This document shows, in pieces, positions 39,407 through 51,222 of a stretch of DNA of 64,000 nt (positions are counted from its first letter, which is position 1; each line of letters begins with the position of its first letter). The DNA is from Octopus sinensis. Its lineage: Eukaryota. The DNA lies in NCBI RefSeq assembly GCF_006345805.1, contig NC_043026.1, positions 7,378,001 to 7,442,000 on the forward strand. Direction: 5' to 3'. The translations under genes were made by a program, and so were the position numbers. Under the pieces are notes generated by a model. It did no database searches. It was not told where the DNA came from and worked only from the letters and a program-made list of their open reading frames with translations.

Positions 39407-39850
39407 CATGTATGCATATATATATATTGTTTTTCTTTTACTTGTTTCAGTCATTTGACTGTGGCCATGCTGGAGCACCGCCTTACTCTTTGTAAGCCTG
39501 ATATATATATATATATGATGGGCTTCTTTCAGTTTCCGTCTACCAAATCCACTCACAAGGCTTTGGTCGCCCGAGGCTTTAGTAGAAGTCACCTACCTAA
39601 GGTGACACGCAGTGGAACTGAACCCGGAACCATGTGGTTGGGAAGCAAGCTTCTTACCACACAGGTATAAAATATGCACGTAGGTGTGTGTTTGCATTGC
39701 ATTCGTCCTCGATGCTATTTCAAAACTAGTCTTATATTGGACTAAAGCCTTCAAGGTGGTGCCCCAGCATGGTCTCAGTCCAAGGACTGAAAGATAAATT
39801 TAAAACAAAATCATTTCCTTTGTCTATTTTTTTCTTTTCTTTCTTTTTAG

Positions 39851-39970
39851 GGTAGACGGCAGCGTAAAATTCCTAACCAAGGGAGATAACAATTCTGTTG
39901 ATGACAGAGGGTTATACGCCCCTGGACAGCTCTGGTTAAAAAAGAAAGACGTTGTGGGACGAGCACGAGG
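39851..39970 (+). CDS. SEC11: SEC11 exon 4
   Basis: ttttag|[40 protein letters not shown]+GG|gtgag. Confidence 0.98.
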
Positions 39971-40301
39971 GTGAGTTTTCCTGTCACTCAGCACTCCTCT
40001 AGCTTCACTCAACACTCCTAGTTTCACTCATGTTTTCTTAGTTTCATATGCCTCTTCAGCATCACTCTTTACCCTTGCACACCTCTTCTCAACTTTCTGG
40101 TCATCTCTGGCCCCACTCTGCACACCTATTCTCTAGCTTTACTCAAAAACTTTTCTTGCCTCACTCAGCCATTCTGTAGTCCTGCACACATGTCCTCTAG
40201 CCTCACTCAACTATCCTCCACCCTCGCTCAGCACTCTTTTAGCTTCACTCAGCACTCCTCTAGTCTCACTCTTTACACTTGCACACTTCTTCTCTGTGTA
40301 T

Positions 40302-40352
<51 letters not shown>

Positions 40353-40454
40353 GGACTCTCGTTAGACGACGTATAAGAGTTCAAGAATTTCTTACCGAAC
40401 AATCACACAAATGATTTGTTTTTAGTGATCAAACGTTTGTGTAGACATAAGCTC

Positions 40455-40635
40455 ACTCCTTCCATCAGATCGACATTACCTGTACAGGTGCAACTGGGTG
40501 CCACATGTCAGATGACTAAATGATTGCAGAGCAACGTGAAATGAAGTGCTTTGCTCAGGAACACAACACCCGGTCTGGGGATCGAACCCACGATCTCACA
40601 ATCATGAGTGCAACACCCTAACCACTAAGCCATGC
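40455..40635 (-). mobile_element. tRNA-derived SINE with CORE-like segment
   Basis: Minus strand tggcttagtggtt...gggttcgatcccc followed by gttgtgttcctgagcaaagcactt. Confidence 0.65.
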
Positions 40636-41525
40636 ACATTCACACACATATATATATATGCTGTGTGTGGTGAGCTTTCAACAAGTAGTATAATACTTGA
40701 TCAGATCAGAGAGTAAAAATGTTGTTGTAATAAAAACCAGAGCTACCCAGGGTTTCCTGGTAGAAATAATTTATTTCGCCATTTTTCATCCAAATGTCAA
40801 CTACTTTGAACACAGTTAACAATCTTGTTTTATCAGCTTGAAAAATGGAGAAATAAATTGATATTTTGTCCAGGAAACCCTGAATAGCTATATTTCACAA
40901 GACTTGTGGTTTTTGCCCTGATGCAGTACCAGTTAGTGGATCTCATGGCTCCTGATCTTAACTGATTGGAAGTGTTATCATGTACATTGTTTTGTCTTGG
41001 TATAAAAGATGGCCTACAGCAAATATTCTGCTCAATACAACAGATTTGCTTGTCAGTTGTTTGATCTTAACCAGTTGACCATGTCCCTCGGTGGCTGAGT
41101 GGGGGAGCATAAAAAGCCGTGTTGAGAGGGATTCTTTGGAGTTTGAATAATTCACCTTTGGAAATATGGGTGTTTCGTTCAACATCCTTAAACAACCCTA
41201 TTCAGGGACCTTTTGAGCAGGATGGGCTACTCGACCAGAAGAAAATTCTGAGCCCCACCTGCAAGGTCATGCACTGTTTATCTTCATATGAGATCACTAT
41301 GTTGCGCACATATGGTTGTGATGCATGCACCTAGTGTACCCTTATCAGACGGGTAGTCATGATGGGTATACTGGGCTTTGTATATTTTACCCCAGTGTCA
41401 CTTTGATCTCATGCACTGCTCTCTCACTCAATAATAATAATAATAATATTTAAAATAGTTTGATATGGTTCTTTATGTGTAATGTACCCTTTCTCTGCCT
41501 GACCCCATATTCTCTCTGTTGACAG

Positions 41526-41583
41526 GTTTGTGCCCTATGTTGGAATCGTAACAATATTAATGAATGATTATCCTAAATTAAAA
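41526..41583 (+). CDS. SEC11: SEC11 exon 5
   Basis: gacag|[20 protein letters not shown]|gtaag. Confidence 0.97.
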
Positions 41584-42137
41584 GTAAGTATAACGAGTTT
41601 GGTTAATTTATTTAACAAAGAAGGTGGGGTGGAGGAAGCATTTTCTGTACCTACTAAGTGGTACCCATCTGCAGAGGGGTGGACTGTACTTACCTCGTGA
41701 CACCCATTTACGACTAGGTGGACTGCACCTGTTTACACCTGTGAACGAAGCACAACACTTATTGCAGGGGTCCTTCATTTTTTTCTAGGCCCTGTAAAAG
41801 AACTTGGAAAGGTGGGCCTTAAACCAGGCTTTTGAACTCTGACTTCATAAAACCCTCAACAGCAACAACTACTGAAAAACAGATCCCATGGGTTGGAGGG
41901 TTGTCACCTAATCGGGGCCAAAGGTGCCACCTGCCAGGAGGAGTAGGAATGCACTGTTACAGTTCATTTCCCCCTACCATTAATATTACCTCCATTGTCT
42001 TGGGTGGTGAGCTGGTGGAATCGTTAGTGCAACAGTCAAAATGCTTAACGACATTTCATCTGTTAGTTAATTTTTTGGCTCAAAAAGCAAAAAGCAAGGC
42101 CATGTAGGGGGACATGGAGTTATGTACAGGGTGGTGT

Positions 42138-42611
42138 TCATGTAAAGAGTTCAGGCCACTTGTGGTCAAGGGAGACTTTGAACCGAGCGGTCGTCGGCAT
42201 CTTCACCATCTCGTCCGGCAGCTTATTCCACGTATCCACAACCCGGACGGAGAAAGCCCCTCTCCTTCGATTGAGATGAAATCGTCGTAGATAGAGCTTT
42301 TCAGAGTGACCCCGCAGCCGACATTCTGGAGCAGGAGTGAAGAACAGCTCTTTCGAGAGGTTACACTTTCCGCTTATGATGTTGTGAGCAAGAATGAGAT
42401 CAGCATGGCGTCGTCGTTTTTCTAGAGAATAAAGGTCGAGCGTCTTCAGCCTTTCTTCATAAGACAAATTCTTGAGGCCATGAACCATGCGGGTAGCCAG
42501 CTTCTGGACTCTTTCAAGATGATGTATGTCTTTGAGGAGATAAGGAGAAGAGGCTTGAATCCCGTACTCCAATATGGATCTCACCAGCGTGACATAGAGC
42601 GGTGTCTTCAT
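42138..42611 (-). mobile_element. CR1/L2-group LINE 3' fragment (antisense in SEC11 intron 5)
   Basis: LYVTLVRSILEY...LERVQKLATR...LSYEERL..L.LYSLEKRR...LRGH...FSVRVVD.WNKLP is a typical CR1-group ORF2 C-terminus. Confidence 0.9.
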
Positions 42612-42813
42612 GTTCTGAGTTCAAATTCTGCTGAGGTCGACTTTGCCTGTCATCCTTTAAGGGTTGATAAATTAAGTACCAGTTGAGTACTGCAGTAGAT
42701 CTATTTAACTTCCCTTAAAGCCAGGAACTTTTCAGCGCCACCTAGTGTACATTTTTGACTGTTGTGACCCAATCTCTCATTTGTTTTCTTTCTTTCTTTT
42801 CGTTTCTTTGCAG

Positions 42814-42864
42814 TATGCCATATTGGTATGTCTTGGACTCTTTGTACTCATCCACAGAGAATAA
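42814..42864 (+). CDS. SEC11: SEC11 exon 6 (terminal)
   Basis: tttgcag|YAILVCLGLFVLIHRE-TAA. Spliced CDS 60+110+150+120+58+51=549 nt, 182 aa. Confidence 0.97.
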   Translation, partial: YAILVCLGLFVLIHRE

Positions 42865-43372
42865 TAATCCATTGGACAGACAGACAGACATATATTATTC
42901 GGAATTCTCCGTTCATCATCTCATCCAGACCATTCCTGATCATCCACCCTGTCTCTTCTCACACACTTCCCCCTCCCCTCTCCCATGTTCTTTGTTGCAT
43001 GTGCACGCACAAACACATGCATGCACACACACAGTCACAAATGTGTGCACACACGCACAAAGACGTCCTCAGCTGTGGATTGAACCATCCATTACAAACT
43101 CCCTTCACAAAAGGCCTCTGGTAACCAATGGTAACAGCCCAGGCTGTCCCTTCTACAGCCTGCCTTCCCTCCTTCCTGCTCTGTCTCCACCCATGTTCCA
43201 GCACCGATGGACGCCTCATTATGTACAGCAGGGATCGCAGTTGTAAATGTCCAGGAATGGGCCACACCCTTATACACACGTATATTCACAAACGTCTGTG
43301 TGTATATATATGCATACACTAACACACATGCTTGTGTGAATATATGGGTGGCTTGTTTTTATGTCAAGTTAG

Positions 43373-43378
43373 AATAAA
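43373..43378 (+). terminator. Candidate SEC11 polyadenylation signal AATAAA
   Basis: First AATAAA I see downstream of the stop codon, about 510 nt after it. Confidence 0.45.
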
Positions 43379-43558
43379 AACAATTTAACACGAAACAGAA
43401 GAATTGCTCAATATTTTTTCAGAAAACATTCTTGTATTTATTTCAGTTGACCCCAGGACTTATCCTCTGTAAGCCTAGTACTTATTTGGTCAGTCTCTTT
43501 TGCCAAAACCACAATGGTGTGGGGAACAAACACAGAGGCAAAGGGACACATAAATATA

Positions 43559-43700
43559 CAGGGTGTCCCCTAAATCATTGATGGGTTTCAAACCTTTTTC
43601 ACTCTCTTTTCAGATTTTATCAAAATTTCGTTCATTTATTTGTAAAGTCAAAGAAGTTATTAAAAATTGAAAACCCCTCAGTGACTTTTGGGACACCCTG
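43559..43700. mobile_element. Tc1/mariner-type MITE (142 bp)
   Basis: ~33-bp imperfect TIRs cagggtgtccc.../...gggacaccctg, with TA on both sides. Confidence 0.85.
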
Positions 43701-43717
43701 TATATATATATATATAT

Positions 43718-44075
43718 AGGAGTGGCTGTGTGGTAAGTAGCTTGTTTACCAACCACATGGTTCCGGGTTCAGTCCCAGTGCATGGGCAAGTGTCTTCTAC
43801 TATAGCCTCGGGCCGACCAAAGTCTTGTGAGTGGATTTGGTAGACGGAAACTGAAAGAAGCCTGTCGTATATATGTGTGTTTGTATATATATATATATGC
43901 GTGTTTGTGTGTCTGTGTTTGTCCCCCTTGACAACCGATGCTGGTGTGTTTATGTCCCCGTCACTTAGCGGTTCGGCAAAAGAGACCGATAGAATAAGTA
44001 CTGGGGTTGAGTTGCTCGATTAAAGGCGGTGCTCCAGCATGGCCGCAGTCAAAAGACTGAAACAAGTAAAAGAGT
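43718..44075 (+). mobile_element. SINE family A
   Basis: Forward copy. Confidence 0.88.
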
Positions 44076-44080
44076 ATATA

Positions 44081-44221
44081 TATAATCAAAATAAGCAACA
44101 AGGATATCCAAGGTAGAGTAGTACAACCGTTTCATACTACTTCATTTTATTAAACACTGATGTAGCATGAAACGATTGTACTACACTACCTTGGATATCC
44201 TCGTTGCTTATTTTGATTATA
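44081..44221. repeat. 60-bp inverted repeat with 21-nt spacer
   Basis: Arms 44081-44140 and 44162-44221 match at 56/60 positions. Confidence 0.92.
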
Positions 44222-44339
44222 ATCACCCCATTTTGAAATATATGGATAATACCATACAAAATTCTGGTGCCTTTAACTTAAGTACCATATTCATCTGAAT
44301 CTAAGTTTTTGCTATATATATATATATATATATATGATG

Positions 44340-44620
44340 ATTGCTGACAGATGATAGCCATCCCATCAATGCACACAGCACACTCCATCACACAGCACAA
44401 TCATTCCGTTGATGAGCCCTTAGATGACTCTTAAGACCAGCTACTGACTGATAGGGTTTAAAACACCAGTGACAGATATTATTCAAGTTTCTTCTATATC
44501 TTTGTCCTTTGGAATCTGATTCTGAAGGAATGTTTTTGTGAACCAGCTTATGTCTTTTAAGTCCAGATATTGTCTCACAAGTTTTGTGACACAAGTCATA
44601 AGAGGTGGTTGGTGTCCAAG
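44340..44620 (-). mobile_element. Probable LINE (RTE-like) 3' end with two C2H2-type fingers
   Basis: LCHKTCETISGLKRHKLVH and ICHWCFKPYQSVAGLKSHLRAH, then a stop, a short UTR and an (ATC)n-like tail. Confidence 0.5.
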
Positions 44621-44699
44621 ATCATTATCTATCTGGGCATTACAATTTTCATATGATTCATGTATCCTGCTTTCCTGCGTGTGTGTGTGTGTGTGTGTG

Positions 44700-45075
44700 T
44701 GTATCATCATCATCATCGTTTAACGACCACTTTCCAGGCTAGCATGGGTTGGACGATTTTGAACCAGATGGCTGCACCAGGCTCCAATCTTCATCTGGCA
44801 GAGTTTCTACAGCTGGATGCCCTTCTTAACGCCAACCACTCCAAGAGTGTAGTCGGTGCTTTTTACGTGCCACTGGTACGGGGGCCAGTCAGGTGGTACT
44901 GGCAACGACCTTGCTTGAATCTTTTTACACATGCCACCGGCACGGGTGCCAGTAAGGCGACGCTGGTAATGATCACGCTTGAATGGTGCCCTTTTACGTG
45001 TCACCGACATGGAAGCCAGTTGGCCGCTCTGGCAACGATCACGCTTGGATGGTGCTCTTGGCACCCTACTAGCAC
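44700..45075 (-). mobile_element. Retroposon family C
   Basis: Reverse copy. Confidence 0.85.
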
Positions 45076-45139
45076 GGACACTCTGATACAAAACCTGTGG
45101 TTTCACATGATTATTGGTCATCTTGTTTTGGCCAGTCAT

Positions 45140-46225
45140 TTCTACTAAAGGCACATGACCTGAAATTTTGTGAGAAGGGGCCTGTCAATTACATCGCCCC
45201 TAGTGTTTTATCGATCCTGTAAGGATGAAAGGCACAGTGAACCGTGACAAAAATTGAACCCAGAATGTAAAGACACGAAATGCTGCTAAACATTTTGCCT
45301 GGCATCATAATGGTTCTGCCAGAGTCCTGACTTAATAATCCTTTCTACTAAAAGCATAAGGCCTGAAACTTTGGAGGAGGGGACGAGTCAATTACATTGA
45401 CCCCTAGTATCTCACTGGTACTTATTTTATCAACCCCTGAAAGGATGAAAGGCAAAGTTGACCTCGGCGGAATTTGAACTCAGAACATAATGACCGATGA
45501 AAGAAACACTGCTAAGCATTTCGCCTGGTCTGCTAATGATTCTGCCATCCTTTCGATTATTGGCACAAGGTCTGAAATTTGGGAGGAGAGGGTGGCTAGT
45601 TGATCACATCGACCCCAGTACTCAACTGGTACATATTTCATCGACCCCAGGAGGATGAAAGGCAAAGTCGACCTTGGCAGGACTTGAACTCAGAATGTAA
45701 AACAAGAAATGCCACAGAGCATTTTGTCTGGAATGCTAATGATTCTATGAGCTCACCACCTTAATAATAATAACAATAATAAGGTGAGCTGGCAGAAATG
45801 TTAGCACGCTGGGCAAGAGGCTTAGCGGTATTTCATCTGTCTTGACGTTCTGAGTTCAAATTCCGCTGAGGTTGACTGCCTTTCATTCTTTCGGAATCGA
45901 TAAATTAAGTACCAGTTGTGTACTGGAGTCGATCTAATTGACTGGCCCCTTCCTCAAAAATTTCGGACCTTATGCCTAGAATAGAAAATAATAATAATAA
46001 TAATCGTTTCTGCTGGAAGTACAAGGCCTCAAATTTGAGGGAAGGGATTAAGTTGATTAGAAAGAGCCCAGTGCATAACTGGTACTAATTTTATCGACCC
46101 TAAAAGATGAAATGTAAAGTCGACCTCGGCAGAATTTGAACCCAGAATGTAAAGATAGATGAAATGCTGCTAAGCATTTTGCCTGGCATACTAAGGGTTC
46201 CACCAGCTCACCACCTTAATAATAA
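45140..46225. mobile_element. Cluster of five SINE family B copies in mixed orientation
   Basis: Three reverse copies (45140-45780), one forward (45781-45990) and one reverse (46000-46225). Confidence 0.85.
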
Positions 46226-46929
46226 TAATCCTTTCTACTCTAGCCACAAGGCCCTCACTTTAAAACCTTGTTACACCTCTGATTATATATATATTTTGGT
46301 GCAAATGGTTTTGTTGTATGGTGCTGTATTTTACCATCCTGTAAATAATAAGAATGGTATTTTGATATAAGCCTAAAGCTTATACCAATCACCATGCAAT
46401 GACTAAGGAAAATAGTCTAATAAAGGGGCATATAAGCCCTCGACAGGAAAAAAGGCTTTCCTATCCACATGGGAGTCGAACCTACATCCCTTTGTTAACG
46501 CGATTGTGTTACCATACACCTGCAAATCAGCCTCCCTTTTCTTGTCAAATTTAAGAACTATAATAGAACTTTCTATATGCTTTCGGTGCAAATGGTTTTT
46601 TATACGGCACCATTTTTACAATCCTGTAAATAATAATAATGGTATTTTGATATAAGCTTAAAGTGATCACCATGCAATGACTAAAGAAAATAGTCTAATA
46701 AAGGGGCATAGAAGCCCTCAACAGAAGGTCCACCTGACTGGCTCCCTTGCTGGTGGCACATAAAAAGCACCCATTACACTCTCGGAGTGGATAGCATTAA
46801 GAAGGGCATCCAACTGTAGAAACCTTGCCAGATCAGATTGGAGCCCGGTGTGGCCTCCTGGCTTGCCAGACCCCACTCAAACCGTCCAACCCATGTCAAC
46901 ATGCAAAATGGACGTTAAGTGATGATGTG

Positions 46930-47759
46930 GTGGTATCAAAAAGTTCCCAGGCTCGTTATGTTTAATGGAAAATAAGTTTTAACATCATCTCCTTTCAAAT
47001 AGTCACCCTGCACAGCAGTGTACTGGTTCCAGCATGTCTTGGTGGCTTTTGGAATCCATTTTCCATTAACAAGTCAAATACCTTCAGTTGTTTGTTCTGG
47101 ATGTCAAAAACGGTGTTAAAACGGCGACCTTTGAACTGTATTTTCAGCTTGGCGGAAGAGATGAAAGTCCACAGGTGCTGAATCGGGCAATTAGGGCAGA
47201 TGCAGAAGCGACACCATGTTGTTTCTGATGAGAACCTGAAGAGTGAAGAGAGCTTGGTGTCATTGTGTATTGTTGTCAGGAAGAATCTAATTCTTCGTCT
47301 TCTGCAGATCCAGACGCTTTCGTTGAATGTCCTCCCGCAAATGGTTCAAAATATCACAAAACAACCCCCAAATGATGGCCTGGCCTTGGGCAGTGAATTC
47401 TCAATGCACGATACCACATTTCCAGGGGTGACGCTTGGGGTAGGTCCTCCAGAGATGTTCTTCCACTTTTCAAGCACCCATGCCACTTCAAGACATTGCT
47501 TCATCTTTGCAAACTCGTCAAAGTATGTTCAATGTCTTTTGTAGCAGACTTCCCAAGTTCAACACAGAATTTCATATTGGTTCTTCATTCCATGATCACA
47601 AAAGCACAAATTTCACAAGTTGCAAAGTCAACGCAGCAATGTCACTCGGCACACTGCTTCACGAAGGTCACTGCTGGCTCTCACTGGGCACGCAGCCATG
47701 TGCTGCCATCTGTTGGCGTACCACAGAACAAGTCCGGGAACTTTTGATGCCACTTTGTA
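46930..47759 (-). mobile_element. Internally deleted mariner element
   Basis: TIRs gtggtatcaaaaagttcccaggct / agtccgggaacttttgatgccac. The minus strand has the N-terminal MKFCVELGKSAT and the C-terminal DN...HLP-LPDSAPVDFHLF..LK...KGRRF relics. Confidence 0.85.
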
Positions 47760-47947
47760 TGTACAAGGTAGGTCAAAGGTCACTTGACAGTAAATCAAAA
47801 CCATTTAATTCCGAGATTAAAACAAAAAACTATTTCATGAGACTTTGCTAATAAATAAACAAATGCTGAAAAGAAAAATGGTGATGGGAACTCACAGCAT
47901 TCAATTATCGAACATAATTGGAGTGAATAAATAAAATTGAATATTAA

Positions 47948-48168
47948 CCCTTTTGTTACTGCAATTATTTTGAGATGCTCTGTGTTTCTCTTAATTATTT
48001 TAAATATAACAAAGAATTTAGTAAAATAACTTCATTATCATTCAGCTAGTGTTAGGAACATAAATTGTGACTAAGGTTTGGTGGAAGATTTTAATTCAGA
48101 ACTTATGAAAACAAGACATTTGTACTACAGAGCCAGGGTCGGTTTCAGCTGGGTTGGTAACGAAAGGG
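47948..48168. mobile_element. piggyBac-type MITE
   Basis: TTAA|cccttttgttac ... gtaacgaaaggg|TTAA. A second copy lies at 49715-49919. Confidence 0.75.
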
Positions 48169-48249
48169 TTAATTCCGGGATTAAAACAAAAAATTAATTT
48201 ATGAATTAATAATAACGTTAAAGAAAAAACTGATTTTAACTCACAGAGT

Positions 48250-48952
48250 AGGAGTGGCTGTGTGGTAAGAAGCTTGCTTACCAACCACATGGCTCCAGGT
48301 TCAATCCCACTTCGTGGCACCTTGGGCAAGTGTCTTCTACTATAGCCTCGGGTTGACCAAAACCTTGTGAGTGGATTTGGTAGACGGAAACTGAGAGAAG
48401 CCCGTCGTATATATAGGAGTGGCTGTGTGGTAAGTAGCTTGCTTACCAATCACATGGTTCCAGGTTCAATCCCACTGCGTGGCACCTTGGGCAAGTGTCT
48501 TCTACTATAGCCTCGGGTTGACCAAAACCTTGTGAGTGGATTTGGTAGACGGAAACTGAGAGAAGCCCGTCGTATATATAGGAGTGGCTGTGTGGTAAGT
48601 AGCTTGCTTACCAATCACATGGCTCCAGGTTCAATCCCACTTCGTGGCACCTTGGGCAAGTGTCTTCTACTATAGCCTCGGGTTGACCAAAGCCTTGTGA
48701 GTGGATTTGGTAGACGGAAACTGAAAGAAGCCCCAAGTATATATATATGTACATCGTATGTGTATGTTTGTGTTTCCCCCCACCCCCAACATTGCTTGAA
48801 AACCAATTCTGGTGTGTTTAATTAACCGTAACTTAGTGGTTCAGCAAAAGGGACCAATAGGCTTACAAAGAATAAGTCCTGGGTTCGATTTCCTTGACTA
48901 AAGGCAGTGCTCCAGCATGGCCACAGTCAAATGACTGAAACAAGTAAAAGAG
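48250..48952 (+). mobile_element. SINE family A with locally triplicated 165-bp 5' half
   Basis: Heads at 48250, 48415 and 48580, followed by a single 3' half. Confidence 0.92.
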
Positions 48953-49209
48953 TAGTGTTCAATTATTAAACGGTGGACTATACTCAAGGATTTACGGTTA
49001 CCCATGTTGCATAAAAACACCCAGTACACTTTGTAAAGGGGTTGGCGTTAGGAAGGGCATCCAGCCATAGACACCATGCTAAAACAGACATGGAGCCTGG
49101 GCCAATCTTCAGCTGGTCAGCTTCTGCCAAACCGTCCAACCCATGCCAGCATGAAAAACAAACATTAAATGATGATTGTATATATATAATATATATATAT
49201 ATAGCGAAA

Positions 49210-49560
49210 CACACCATTCGAGTGTGATTGTTACCTGCGTCGCCTTACAAGCACTTGTGCTGGCAACACGTGAAACATTCGAGCGAGGTCGTTGCCAGTG
49301 CCGCTGGACTGGCTCCTGTGCAGGTGGCACATAAAAAGCACCATTTGGGCGTGGCCATTGCCAGTACCACCAAAGTGGTCCTCGTGCCGGTGGCACGTAA
49401 AAGCACCCACTACACTCTCGGAGTGGTTGGCGTTAGGAAGGGCATTCAGCTGTAGAAAACTCTGCCAGATCAGATTGGAGTCTGGTTCGCCAGACCTCAG
49501 TCAAATCGTCCAACCCCTACCAGCATGGAAAGTGGACGTTAAATGATGATGATGATGATA
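49210..49560 (+). mobile_element. Retroposon family C
   Basis: Forward copy with (GAT)n tail. Confidence 0.85.
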
Positions 49561-49654
49561 TATATACACAAACACACAGCAAATACTACATACATAAATA
49601 CTTGAAGCTTACTAACGTCCTACACTTTGATCCCTGGATCATACTTACCTTTAC

Positions 49655-50097
49655 TAAGGGGTTGGTGCATAATTATTGCGGCTGTTTTTCAACAAAAACA
49701 GTAACAATATTTAACCCTTTTGTTACTGTATTTCTATTGAGATGCTCTGTGTCTCTTTCAATTATTTTAAATAAAACAAAGAGTTTAGTAAAATAACTTA
49801 GTTATCATTAAGCTAGTGTTAGGAATATAAATTGTGACTAAGGTTTGGTGGAAGATTTTAATTCAGAACTTATGAAAACAAGACATTTGTACTACAGAGC
49901 CGGGTTGGTAACGAAAGGGTTATCTTTAAATGATTATTCTGACCGTCTGCCAAGCAAATGGGAAGCAGAAATTGAAGGAGATGGTGAATATGCTCCAGAA
50001 CAATCATTTAAAGATGTTTTTTGTCACATGTTGTTATTGTTTTTGTTGAATAAATTTTGTTGTTAAAAAGCCGCAATAATTAAGTACCAGCCCAATA
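49655..50097 (+). mobile_element. Non-autonomous mariner element with nested piggyBac-type MITE (49715-49919)
   Basis: TIRs ggttggtgcataattattgcggc / gccgcaataattaagtaccagcc. It retains the transposase end DRLPSKWEAEIEGDGEY. Confidence 0.7.
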
Positions 50098-50661
50098 CAT
50101 AATTTTAACTGAACAGAGACTAATACAAAACCAAGATTAACTTCAATGCATTATGGTGCAACAATGTCTTACCTGGCTGAGACTTCGAAGTCACTGTCGA
50201 TAATATTCTTGTTTAAAAATGATAAATTTGTCCTCGGCAAAACTATAGAGTAACCAATGAGAATCAAGTAAAAATTGCTTTTATTATTACTAAACATAAA
50301 AACCAAACATTAATACACACACACACACACACGTAGGCACAGGCATATCTGTGTGGCATGAAGCTTGCTTCCCAATCACACGGTTCTGGGTTCAGTTCCA
50401 CTGTGCAGCAATTTGGGCAAGTGTCTTCTATAATCTCAGACTGACCAAAGCCTTGTGGGTGGATTCGGTAGATGGAAACTGAGAGAATCCTGTCATATAG
50501 GTGCAGGAGTGGCTGTGTGGTAAGTAGGTTGCTTAACAACCACATGGTTCTGGGTTCAGTCCCACTACATGGCACCTGGGACAAGTGTTTTCTACTATAG
50601 CCTCTGGCTGACTAAAGCCTTGTGAGTGGATTTGGCAGATAGAAACTGAAAGAAGCCCGTC

Positions 50662-50692
<31 letters not shown>

Positions 50693-50905
50693 AGTGTGTC
50701 TGGATTTGTTCCCCCACCATCGCTTGACAACCGATGTTGGTGTGCTTACAACCCCTTAACTTAGCAGTTTGGTAAAAGAAACAGATAGAATAAGTACTAG
50801 GCTTACAAAGAATATGTCATGGGGTCAATTTGTTCAACTAAAGGCGGTGCTTCAGAATGGCCACAGTCAAATGACAGAAACAAATAAAAGAAAACACACA
50901 AACAC

Positions 50906-50962
<57 letters not shown>

Positions 50963-51222
50963 GTGTGTATATGTGTGTCTGTTTGTCTTCCACCACCATT
51001 TAACAACTGGTGTTGGTGTGATAAAATAAATAACAGAGACCTAGTACGACAGGCTTCTTTCAGTTTCCGTCTTCTACCAAATCCACTCACAAGGCTTTGG
51101 TTGGCTCAAGGCTATAGCAGAAGACACTTGCCCAAGGTGGCATGCAGTGAGACTGAACCCAGAACCATGTGGTTGGGAAGCAAGCTTCTTACCAAGTGAC
51201 AAAACCCTCTGCTGCCCATCTT

